DNA from: an uncultured Thermoplasmata archaeon
GTDB taxonomy: Archaea > Thermoplasmatota > Thermoplasmata > RBG-16-68-12
Length of the DNA: 64,000 nt
NCBI GenBank assembly: GCA_963768855.1
Contig: CAVYJM010000007.1
Span: 1-64,000, forward strand
Direction of reading: 5' to 3'
The translations under genes were made by a program, and so were the position numbers. The stretch's first letter is position 1. Every line of letters starts with the position of its first letter. Positions 8,234-16,520 of the stretch are shown here, one piece after another. Below the pieces are notes generated by a model. That model made no database searches. It was not told the origin of the DNA and was given only the letters and a program-made list of their open reading frames with translations.

Positions 8234-11119
8234 CTATCGGATGCGCTCGAGCTGGAAGGAGCCGATGATGATGGCCTTGTTCGTGAACTTGTAGGGAACC
8301 CAGTCGCGCGTCTGGACCTCGCTCAGGCCCGCGACGTGCATCTGGGTCTTCTGCTTCTCCTGGCGGAAGTGGATCGCGCCGTCGACCGTGTGCTCGAGGG
8401 CCTCGATCGTTTGGTCCGTGTGCATGCCCCGCTCCAGGGCGAACAGGCTCACGACCTTGGTCTGCCGCAGGCGGTTCACGAGGCGCTGGAAGAAGTTGAG
8501 GGCGTCCCGCTCGTCCGTCTGGGTCAGGCTCGAGCTCAGGGTCATGAACGCCAAGCGGAAGTACGGATATTTCCCCTTGAACTCCTCGTCGAGCTGGCTG
8601 ATGATCGAGAAGATCGAGTCGAAGTCGGTCGGTCCGTTCACGCGCCAGATGTTCTTCTCCTTGACCGTCTTGCCGTTCGCCGCGGGCGCGGTGCAGTCGA
8701 TCCAGCGCACGAGCCCGAGCTGATCGTACTCGACGAAGGTGGGCAGGATCGGGGCCATGTCCTTCGCGACGTCGATCGGCAGCTTCGTCGTCGTGACGAT
8801 GATGGCGGGGACGCTCTTCTTGAGCCCCTCCGCGATGAAGTTCAGGATCGCGACCTCCTTGCCCACGAACGCGGGCCCGATCACGAGAAGGTTTGAGTTG
8901 AACGGGATGCCTCCGTACAGCAGGTCGTCGAGGCGCGGGGTGCCCGTCTTCACCTTCTCGGCCTTCTTCTCCACGCTGACGGCAGCCTCGGCCTCCGCCT
9001 CCGTGGTCGGTGCGGTCAGATGGGCCTTGAGGGCCCCTTCCCGCATCTCGAACTCTTTGTCCTTCTGGTACATGCGGCGCTTGAACTCCTCTTCGCGCTC
9101 GCGAAGCCTCCGCTCCCATTCCTCGAGTTGACCTTCGCGGTCCATGTCCCGCATGCCCGGCGTCGCGGCGGCCGCCCGCGCCTCTTTCGTGCGGTTCTCG
9201 AGCTCCATTTCCTTCAGGCTCAGCTCGGACTCCTTCTCCTCCATCTCCTTGGCCTTCTCGAGGTGCCGGCGGTTTTCCTCGTTGAGGCGCTTGATCTCTG
9301 CCTGGAGGTTCGTCTGCATCTCCGCAAGCTTCCTCTCGCGCCCCTCGAGCGCCTCGCTCTTCTGGCGCATCTCGTCTTGGCTCGAGCCCGCGGCGGCCTC
9401 CTTCAGTTTGGTCTCCTTGAACAGCTCCGCGTACTTCTTCGTCTTCTCCTGGAGCTCTCCCTGGGCCTCCTGAATCGAGGCGGCCATGCGCTCAACCTCG
9501 GAGCTGCGCTCCTTCAGGTCCGACTCCTTGTCGGAGATGGACTTCTCCCGGGACACGAGTTCGCGCTCGCGATCCTCCGAGATCTTGCGCTGGGCCTGGA
9601 ACTGCTTCTCGATGCGTGTGGCGTTCTCGTAGCGCTCCCGCAGCTGATTCTCGAGGCTCCGGAGTTCGACGTCCTTGGCGCCGATCTCCTTCTCCTTCGC
9701 CAGGATCTTGGACTCCCAGTCCTTGAGCTCGCGGATCCGGGTGGTCTCCGTCGTGCTGTGCGTCGCCTCGAGCTGCTCGGACTTGAGCTTGAGCTCGGAC
9801 TCCTTGAGCTCGAGGTCCTTGGCCTGCTTCAGCAGGGCCGTGCGCTTCGAGTCGAGGGCTTTCTCGGACTCTTGGAGGCGCGAATCGCGGTCCTCCGCGG
9901 CCCTCGCCTTCTGGTCGAGCGTCCGCGACTGCGAGGAGACCTCGATTTCCTTGCGTTTGATCTCCTGCTCTCGAGATGAGAAGGTCGCCTCGCGGGCCGT
10001 GACCTCTGCCTTCAGCTTCTCCGTCTCTTGCTTCGCGCCCGCGACGTCGGACTCGCGCAGGCGGAGCTCCTCGACCTTCGCCTCGATCTCCGCACGGGCC
10101 GAGGCCACCTTCCGATCCAGCTCGCGCAGGTCTTTCGAGGCCTTCTCGCTCGCGACCTCGCGCTGGGTCACGTCGGCCAGTTTCGTCTTCACCTCGGACG
10201 CCTGCTCGTCCAGTTCCTGCTGGAGCGCCTCCGTGTGCGCCTCCCGTCCGCGGATGGACCGCTCGCGGTAGTCGAGCGCCTCCCGCTTCTTCTGGAGTTC
10301 CTGCTGCAGCAGAGCGACCTTCGTGTTGTCCGCCTTCAGGATCTCTCGCTGGTACACGCTCGTCGACGAGGCGATGATGTGGAGCAGGGCGCCGGAGAAC
10401 TCGGTCGTCAGGGCGCCGGCGAAGAAGACGACGATGGGGAGGATCTGCCCCAGGGACGCGGTCGAGCCGGGGGTGGGGGCGATGGGCACGTTGCCGAGGA
10501 CGAGAAGCAGGATGGAGAACGGGAGGACCAGGGCCAGGACGATGCTGCCGGCTTTTCGCATTCCGACGCCTTCCCAGGTCATCGCCATCGAGATGATCGT
10601 CAGCGGGACGCCCAGGACGGACAGCGGGTAGACCCACGGGAGGATCGACGCGGGCACGATCCGCCAGTTGACCAGGAAGATGAACGCCGCGACGATGAAG
10701 AACAGGACCATGCCGAGGGTGCTCGTGATGAAGTGCCGTGACAGGTACTGGCGGCGGTACGGCTCCCGCTTGAGCCGGACGGCGTCCACGGACGCGAAGG
10801 CGCCGGCTGCCGCAGGGATGAGCCAGAGGGTGAACTCGGGATAGCCTCCGGGGAGGGTAGGGAAGGTCGGGCTGAGGATCATCGCCACGAGCAGGAGGGC
10901 GTTTACGAGGAAGGCGACCGCCGCCACGATGCCGTAGCCGTGGGCATGACGGCCGAAGGTGAGCTGCAGGAGACCTTGCTGCGCGGCGAGCGCTGCCTGG
11001 CTGGGCGTGGAGGGCTTCTGGGTGCGGGGGTGCTCGTAGGTGGGCCGGAAGTTCGGCGCAGGGCGCGCCGGCCTGGGCCTCGAAGGCGGCCGAGCCGTCG
11101 ATTTCTTGGACTTGGCCAT
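8234..11119 (-). CDS. Membrane-anchored long coiled-coil protein with a C-terminal KaiC/RAD55-like RecA-fold domain
   Basis: N-terminal TM bundle, several hundred residues of E/K/R/L-rich heptads, then KTGTPRLDDLLYGG...GPAFVGKE...ERGMHT...VDGAIHF. Confidence 0.8.
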   Translation of the reverse strand: MAKSKKSTARPPSRPRPARPAPNFRPTYEHPRTQKPSTPSQAALAAQQGLLQLTFGRHAHGYGIVAAVAFLVNALLLVAMILSPTFPTLPGGYPEFTLWLIPAAAGAFASVDAVRLKREPYRRQYLSRHFITSTLGMVLFFIVAAFIFLVNWRIVPASILPWVYPLSVLGVPLTIISMAMTWEGVGMRKAGSIVLALVLPFSILLLVLGNVPIAPTPGSTASLGQILPIVVFFAGALTTEFSGALLHIIASSTSVYQREILKADNTKVALLQQELQKKREALDYRERSIRGREAHTEALQQELDEQASEVKTKLADVTQREVASEKASKDLRELDRKVASARAEIEAKVEELRLRESDVAGAKQETEKLKAEVTAREATFSSREQEIKRKEIEVSSQSRTLDQKARAAEDRDSRLQESEKALDSKRTALLKQAKDLELKESELKLKSEQLEATHSTTETTRIRELKDWESKILAKEKEIGAKDVELRSLENQLRERYENATRIEKQFQAQRKISEDRERELVSREKSISDKESDLKERSSEVERMAASIQEAQGELQEKTKKYAELFKETKLKEAAAGSSQDEMRQKSEALEGRERKLAEMQTNLQAEIKRLNEENRRHLEKAKEMEEKESELSLKEMELENRTKEARAAAATPGMRDMDREGQLEEWERRLREREEEFKRRMYQKDKEFEMREGALKAHLTAPTTEAEAEAAVSVEKKAEKVKTGTPRLDDLLYGGIPFNSNLLVIGPAFVGKEVAILNFIAEGLKKSVPAIIVTTTKLPIDVAKDMAPILPTFVEYDQLGLVRWIDCTAPAANGKTVKEKNIWRVNGPTDFDSIFSIISQLDEEFKGKYPYFRLAFMTLSSSLTQTDERDALNFFQRLVNRLRQTKVVSLFALERGMHTDQTIEALEHTVDGAIHFRQEKQKTQMHVAGLSEVQTRDWVPYKFTNKAIIIGSFQLERIR

Positions 11120-11304
11120 GAACCTACCTCGTCGTCACTCCCGTCGGCGAGTTCGGCCGACGAACCCGGGACACCCTATTTAAGTTGCGCGGACCAGATA
11201 TCTTATCCGATATTCTCGCGGTTGAGAGCATCCGCGGGCTATGTCTTTTTCGAGGCCCGCGCGAAAGCCGTGACATTAAATCGTTCGGACGCTTCGAGTC
11301 TTCG

Positions 11305-11766
11305 GTGATCGCAACGGTATCGGTCGGGGACAAGGCGCCGGATTTCAAGTTGCTCGCGGATGACGGACGCACCCTTTCGCTCAAGGATTTCCGGGGCAAG
11401 AAGGTCGTCCTGTACTTCTATCCGAAGGATGACACCCCGGGCTGCACAACTGAGGCGTGCAGCTTCCGGGACAACTTGGCGCGCGTGACGACGAAAGGGG
11501 CGGTCGTCCTAGGCGTGAGCCGAGACGACCATGCGAGCCACGGGAAGTTCCGTGACAAGTACCAGCTGAACTTCCCCCTGCTGAGCGACGATGCGGGGAC
11601 GGTGACCGAGGCGTACGGCGTCTGGAAGAAGAAGAAGCTGTACGGCCGCGAGTTCACGGGGATCGAACGGACGACCTTCCTCATCGACGAGCAAGGGAAG
11701 GTCGCCAAGGTCTGGCCCAAGGTCAAGGTGAACGGCCACACGGACGAGGTCCTCGCCGCCCTGTAG
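11305..11766 (+). CDS. bcp: Thioredoxin-dependent peroxiredoxin (BCP/PrxQ)
   Basis: VGDKAPDF, LYFYPKDDTPGCTTEAC, ERTTFLID. Start placed at GTG 11305; the track ORF starts further upstream. Confidence 0.9.
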   Translation: MIATVSVGDKAPDFKLLADDGRTLSLKDFRGKKVVLYFYPKDDTPGCTTEACSFRDNLARVTTKGAVVLGVSRDDHASHGKFRDKYQLNFPLLSDDAGTVTEAYGVWKKKKLYGREFTGIERTTFLIDEQGKVAKVWPKVKVNGHTDEVLAAL

Positions 11767-11780
11767 CGGCGCAAGGTTCA

Positions 11781-12170
11781 TTGCCACCGGACCCATCGCC
11801 GCGGTGGAGCGCCATGATTCCGCCGAACGCGATGCCCCCGAAGACCTTGGTCATCCGCTACCCGGGGGCGGAAGCCAAGCTGCGCCAGCAGTACGTGTAC
11901 CAGACGTATCTCACGACCCGCGAGCGCGAAGAGATGAACCTGGTGCCGGGGAACCGCCTCGTGATCCGCTTCGGCGAAGAGGTCGTCGGAGAGGGCCAAG
12001 CCATCCTCGTGGAGAAGACGTCCCTCGAGAAGCTGAGCGGCTACGACGCGATCAGCGCCGGATACGAGTCCGCCGATGCCCAGCGCAAACACCTGCTCGA
12101 GACGGTCCTGAAAGGCGTGCGGAAGGCGGACCAGGCCGAGTTCATCAAGGTCCTGTACCGGTGGCTGTGA
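11781..12170 (+). CDS. ASCH/PUA-like domain protein
   Basis: Pattern T.R...L..G..l......G....VE...LE.L...DA...GY.S resembles ASCH domains. Start uncertain (11781, 11814 or 11831). Confidence 0.5.
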   Translation: MPPDPSPRWSAMIPPNAMPPKTLVIRYPGAEAKLRQQYVYQTYLTTREREEMNLVPGNRLVIRFGEEVVGEGQAILVEKTSLEKLSGYDAISAGYESADAQRKHLLETVLKGVRKADQAEFIKVLYRWL

Positions 12171-12174
12171 GCGC

Positions 12175-12966
12175 CTAGACCTTGCTCCTGAGGGTAGGCT
12201 TCCAGGACCCGGTGCCGTCGGGCAGTTCTGTGCGGACGAAGTCCTGATAGATGTAAGGGTAGTCCCGCTTACAGATCTGGGCCACCTGGTCAAAGACCAT
12301 ACGTATTTCGACCTCCGCCGCAGCATCGGTCCGCATTTCTATGACCCATCGCAGGGTTCGATGATTCGCGGTCCAGATGATATTGGTGGCCAGTCCGTCT
12401 GGCAGGATTCTGCGCATCGCCGAAGTCAGGCGCTTCTTCTTGTCCATCGGCAAGGTGTCCCAAGGAATGGTCTGGTCCAACTCTTGGTATTGCTTTTCCG
12501 AGGCTTCGACTGACTTCTTCATCAAGAGTTTTTGTTCATCCGTTAGCTCGTCGGGCAGCCAAAACCTCAGCTCGCGGATTCGAACGTAGCGAAGTGATTC
12601 CTGGCTGATTCCCACGCCAACCCGATGTCTCACAAGTTCGTGTGTCGCAACTCGCGAGATGTTGAGTATCGCGAAGCTGACCGCGGCGTGTTCCGTGACG
12701 CTCCCGTCCCCTTTCCGCAAGAGGTTTTCAAAGTACTCGCGTGAGTCTCGGCGAATTCGGGTCACATTCGGATTCAGGCCAACCTCGAAGGATTGGTAAC
12801 ACATCCGCCCAGCAAGTTCCATCAGGGTCTCGCCGTTCGGAGGCAGCTTGCCGAACCTTTCGACCCCCTCCTTCGAAACGCCGAGCGTTTTCAGCATCTG
12901 CCGGATGCCTTCCGGATCTGCTCGGGTCTCGCCGATCTTGATCACGACAGGCATGGTAGGTTTCAT
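12175..12966 (-). CDS. thyX: FAD-dependent thymidylate synthase ThyX
   Basis: Signature RHRVGVGISQESLR, plus AGRMCY, SVTEH, EIR. ATG at 12966 overlaps the upstream stop (ATGA). Visibly lower GC than the flanks. Confidence 0.9.
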   Translation of the reverse strand: MKPTMPVVIKIGETRADPEGIRQMLKTLGVSKEGVERFGKLPPNGETLMELAGRMCYQSFEVGLNPNVTRIRRDSREYFENLLRKGDGSVTEHAAVSFAILNISRVATHELVRHRVGVGISQESLRYVRIRELRFWLPDELTDEQKLLMKKSVEASEKQYQELDQTIPWDTLPMDKKKRLTSAMRRILPDGLATNIIWTANHRTLRWVIEMRTDAAAEVEIRMVFDQVAQICKRDYPYIYQDFVRTELPDGTGSWKPTLRSKV

Positions 12967-13676
12967 CCGATCCTCCACTTCAGCTTACGTTCGAAGTAGC
13001 GTATGCCCCGGTCTGCCTCACTGACTTTGACCACCAAGTGAGGCCGCAGACGCCTCAGGAAGAGATACACCTGAAATTGGGAGTCGAAGTTCCAATGGTA
13101 CTGCGGCTTCACGCGGCAGACTCGGTCGCCGAATCGTTTGTGCTCCCCATAAAGGTATGGACCGGCCACGGTGCCGCCGACCATTTCCTGAAGCGCGACC
13201 GCCAGCGACTTCGTCGTCGTGGTCACGCTCACCGTGACTCACGGAGGGGCAAGAATCGATCCTTCCCCGTCGATGATGCCAGCGACGTATCCGAGTATCG
13301 TGGGGTCAGTAAGGCCTGTGAACTCCCTTCCCGTTCTTGGGAGCGATTGCCTCCTCCTGAATTCCGGAGACCATCGTTTCGAAAAGAGGCCCAGTTCCTC
13401 GGCGCGGTGCCGGACGGACCCGGTGGTCCGCCCTAGTTCCTTCGCTAGCTCCTTTGATCGAATGGATCCGTACAGCTCCAAGAGGATTCCGTCTTCCTCA
13501 GGTAGCCATGCCCTCGCGGAGGCCTTGAACGTGGGGCGGGTCGCACCGATTTTGTGGGAGATTGCGTGAACGGAGCATACCGACCTACCGAGACGCAGGG
13601 AAATGAGCGCGGTTGGCACTCTTCTGTAATTCCGACGGAGATAGTCGAGTTCCTCGGCGGACCAACGCTTTCCCAT
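12963..13676 (-). pseudogene. LAGLIDADG homing-endonuclease-like gene with N-terminal Myb/SANT-like repeats, split by an in-frame TGA at 13241-13239
   Basis: LGYVAGIIDGEGSI motif; two repeats (W..EE..L...Y.....LA..LGR...SV); track ORFs 13239-13676 and 12963-13232 are in the same frame (...GCC CCT CCG TGA GTC ACG GTG AGC...). Confidence 0.8.
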
Positions 13677-13829
13677 GGTGAACGACCAGCGAGAGGGTGT
13701 GCGCTCCGACGCGCTTCCCGTCTGACTTGGGCAACGAAATGCTGTGGTTTAGGCTGACCCAGGGAGGTGTGCGAATGTGGTGAAGGGCGCCTCGACGAGG
13801 CCTTCGGCCGCTCCGGTCTACTGGCCGTG

Positions 13830-14183
13830 TCAGCGGACTTCGTACTGAGTGACCTCGGGCGGCTGCGTCGTCAGCCGAAGGAGCGAGAAGAAATCACCAC
13901 CGCGGGCCGGATCCGAACGGAGTCGCCCCTCATAGGTCCGAAGGCTTGTCTCATCCTCGAAAAGGCCGATCAGGACGAACTCGGTCGAGGGGTGTTGGCC
14001 TTGGGCGAGCCAGGCCTCGGTACATCCGTCTGCGGCGCGGAGCGATGCCGACTGGGCCTTCAGGAGTTCGAACCCCTCCGTCTCGTTGCCCTCCTTGAAC
14101 CGGTAACGGCTGAAGCGAAGGAACACGCCGGCCGCAATGCAGCCACCCGGGGATAGACCTTTTCGCGGGTCGGATTTCGTCAA
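13830..14183 (-). CDS. Antibiotic biosynthesis monooxygenase (ABM)-like ferredoxin-fold protein
   Basis: Pattern F.F..G...EG......S...GC....L.......FV....FED...L..Y. True start probably later than 14183. Confidence 0.55.
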   Translation of the reverse strand: MTKSDPRKGLSPGGCIAAGVFLRFSRYRFKEGNETEGFELLKAQSASLRAADGCTEAWLAQGQHPSTEFVLIGLFEDETSLRTYEGRLRSDPARGGDFFSLLRLTTQPPEVTQYEVR

Positions 14184-14215
14184 CTTTATGTCCCGCCCGC
14201 ACGCTCGGAACCGCG

Positions 14216-14437
14216 ATGTTCAGCCGCAAGAACGTCGGCGGCGTGCCCGAGAAGTGCCCCAAGTGCGGCGCCGAGAAGGTCTACTTCGTTCAGCACGCGC
14301 ACGGGAACTACCCGATCCTCGATTACCTCTGCCCCAACTGCGACCTCGGCGGGGAGCAGGGTGTCCCCGACTGGTACAGCTCCCCCGACGGGAAGGACTC
14401 GTCCTCCGGGACCAAGACCGAATCCAAGAAGGAGTGA
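14216..14437 (+). CDS. Small zinc-ribbon protein
   Basis: CPKC...CPNC in 73 aa. Confidence 0.65.
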   Translation: MFSRKNVGGVPEKCPKCGAEKVYFVQHAHGNYPILDYLCPNCDLGGEQGVPDWYSSPDGKDSSSGTKTESKKE

Positions 14438-14455
14438 CGGTCCGGAGGAGCCGCC

Positions 14456-14686
14456 ATGGGGGAGGTCGTGATCCGCGCGTACCGGGTGAGCGGCTACGTA
14501 ATTGGACCCTGCACGAAGTGCGCGAAGGAGTCCCGCGGCCTCGTCATGTTCGAGGACTACGGCCTCGGCTGGGAATGCCTCGAGTGCGGGGAGATCGGAC
14601 GCGCGGACCGCGTCGAGTGGATCGAAGGCGCCGACTCGAATGCGCAGGAACTCGGAGAACTGGGCGAGAAGCAGGATCCTTCATAG
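14456..14686 (+). CDS. Small zinc-ribbon protein
   Basis: CTKC...CLEC in 76 aa; GGAGGAG Shine-Dalgarno upstream. Confidence 0.65.
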   Translation: MGEVVIRAYRVSGYVIGPCTKCAKESRGLVMFEDYGLGWECLECGEIGRADRVEWIEGADSNAQELGELGEKQDPS

Positions 14687-15280
14687 GATGCCGCACAGCA
14701 GACAGATCCCCTGCCCGTGGCAGGCTTCGCACGTCGTCTGCATCCCGAGGATCCTCCGGGAGCCGCGGCCCCGGCAGCGCAGGCAAAACCCTGAGTCGCT
14801 GCATCGCTTGCAGGGGACCTCGATCTTCCGGATCGTGTAGAGGACCTGTCGGTTCGCCGGGTTCGCGTCCGTGATGGCGTGGAGGATCCCAAGGGCCTCG
14901 GGCCGTCCTTTCGCGCGGTCGCGACGGAACACGAGGGACGCCTTCATCATGAGCGCCTTCTCATTCCGGGGGTCCACGGCGAGCACCTCTTCGATCGCCC
15001 GCGTTGCCTCGTCGAAGGCGTTCGAGACCTCGGGCGAATCTTCGAAATCGGTGTCGACCGGGATTTCGCGGCGCGCGATGTCCTCGCGGCGCATCTCCCG
15101 CGCATGGGCGGACAGGCGGATCGCCCGGGCGAGGTGGAGGGCCATGTACAACTCCCGCACCCGGGCGTCCTCCGGATGCTCGCGGTAGGCACGATCCACG
15201 AGGGCGCGCGCCTCGTCGGGGTGGCTCGCTTCGAGGGCCGCCTGGGCCTCTGCAATCACGTCTTCCGGCGCGGACACCAC
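14681..15280 (-). CDS. TPR-like helical protein with a C-terminal DnaJ-type CxxCxGxG zinc finger
   Basis: TPR-like helices (EVLAVDPRNEKALMMKA) followed by CKRC..GFCLRCRGRG...CEACHGQGICLLCG. Confidence 0.7.
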   Translation of the reverse strand: MVSAPEDVIAEAQAALEASHPDEARALVDRAYREHPEDARVRELYMALHLARAIRLSAHAREMRREDIARREIPVDTDFEDSPEVSNAFDEATRAIEEVLAVDPRNEKALMMKASLVFRRDRAKGRPEALGILHAITDANPANRQVLYTIRKIEVPCKRCSDSGFCLRCRGRGSRRILGMQTTCEACHGQGICLLCGIL

Positions 15281-15303
15281 GGGGAGACAAGGGTGCCTTC
15301 GAT

Positions 15304-16005
15304 TTAAGGGTGGCTTCCAAGGCCACGAAGGATCCGCGCGACGACGGGAACGAGCCGCGCGTACGGCGTCTCCCGGTATCGGCCGAGGCTACGGAGCGCG
15401 TCCACGAAGAGGACGCAGGCAAGGCCGGCCGACGACACACTCGCGGTCGCCATGATCCGCTTCGCGTCCGTGGACGCCCGCCGGTCCCAGAGCGCGTTCA
15501 GGTCGAACGCCTGATTCGTGGCGCGCCGGAACTCGCCCGCGCGGAGGACCCCGCGCTGCTCGAGGGCATCGGCGAGCTTCGACGTGAATTCAGCAAAGTC
15601 GGTTTGTCCCGTCTCGAAGCTCTCCATGAGGTTCGCACGATTGGCCGTCGAGGCCAGGTGGACACACAGGGAGACCGCGAGCTCGCTCGAGGCCTTCGCG
15701 GCGTCCCTCGGCTTCCGCCGGACCCGGTCCGCGGCGAACGAGAGCTGGGAGACCGCTTGGAGGAACGTGAACAGGTCCGCCCCGTGGGTCCCCTTCCGGA
15801 AGTGCCGGGTCATCGGACGCACGGAGCGTTGGACTGCGCCGCGAGTCCCGAGGTGCCGGTCGAGGGCGCGGGCCCCGCGCAGGAGCCGGGCGAGGAGCTC
15901 CTCCTCCTTCGGCCTCGCTCCGCCCCAGAGATACTCGTGCAGCTCCGAGATCGCGGCTCGCGTCTTCTGCTCGGCGACCGCGTAGGAAGCCATGGCTCCC
16001 CGCAA
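15304..16005 (-). CDS. Hypothetical all-helical protein
   Basis: 233-aa ORF with host-like codon usage; no motif recognised. Confidence 0.6.
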   Translation of the reverse strand: MRGAMASYAVAEQKTRAAISELHEYLWGGARPKEEELLARLLRGARALDRHLGTRGAVQRSVRPMTRHFRKGTHGADLFTFLQAVSQLSFAADRVRRKPRDAAKASSELAVSLCVHLASTANRANLMESFETGQTDFAEFTSKLADALEQRGVLRAGEFRRATNQAFDLNALWDRRASTDAKRIMATASVSSAGLACVLFVDALRSLGRYRETPYARLVPVVARILRGLGSHP

Positions 16006-16070
16006 TTCCTCCCGGCCGATAAGGGTACCGGGAGCGAACCTTCATCCGGTCCGACCGGCTCGGGCGGGCG

Positions 16071-16520
16071 ATGCGGGGCGCGGACGCGTTCGAGGGGGCC
16101 GCCTTCCTCGGCCTCTCGAAGCGATCGAAGCGCGACCCCTACCGGCTCGGACTGTTCGCCGCCTACCTCGATCCCGAGGAACGCCCGCTCGTCTTCCTCG
16201 CCATCCAGGGCGGGACTCTGGTCGTCACGGACCGCCGAGTGCTGGAATTCCGTGCACATCTCGAGGTCCACGGCGCCTGGAACGTGAAGGAGTTCCAGGG
16301 GTATGAGATCCGCCGCAACCTCGACCGTGCCGCGATTCTGGGAACCGACCACCGAGTTGCGCCCGCCGCGGCAGGTCCCGCGGGCATGCTCGAAGACTCG
16401 GTGCTCCTGCGGCTCGTGGACCGGACGGAGACGGTCATCGTCTCCCGCGGCCCGGAGACCACGCTCTCCGACGAGGACTTCGAGATTCTCCGGTCGGCGC
16501 TCGCCGGTCAGGCGAAGTAG
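16071..16520 (+). CDS. Hypothetical protein (possible PH-like fold)
   Basis: 149-aa ORF; 'GTLVVTDRRVLEF' resembles bacterial PH-like domains. Confidence 0.5.
   Translation: MRGADAFEGAAFLGLSKRSKRDPYRLGLFAAYLDPEERPLVFLAIQGGTLVVTDRRVLEFRAHLEVHGAWNVKEFQGYEIRRNLDRAAILGTDHRVAPAAAGPAGMLEDSVLLRLVDRTETVIVSRGPETTLSDEDFEILRSALAGQAK

Noticed and set aside
13239-13241. Selenocysteine recoding of the in-frame TGA
   Set aside because: The position is not Cys-like in LAGLIDADG proteins and no SECIS or Sec machinery is visible in the window.
12168-13796. Possible target-site duplication around the thyX cassette (gagcgcctagac / gggcgcctcgac)
   Set aside because: Only 10/12 identity in GC-rich DNA; compatible with chance.
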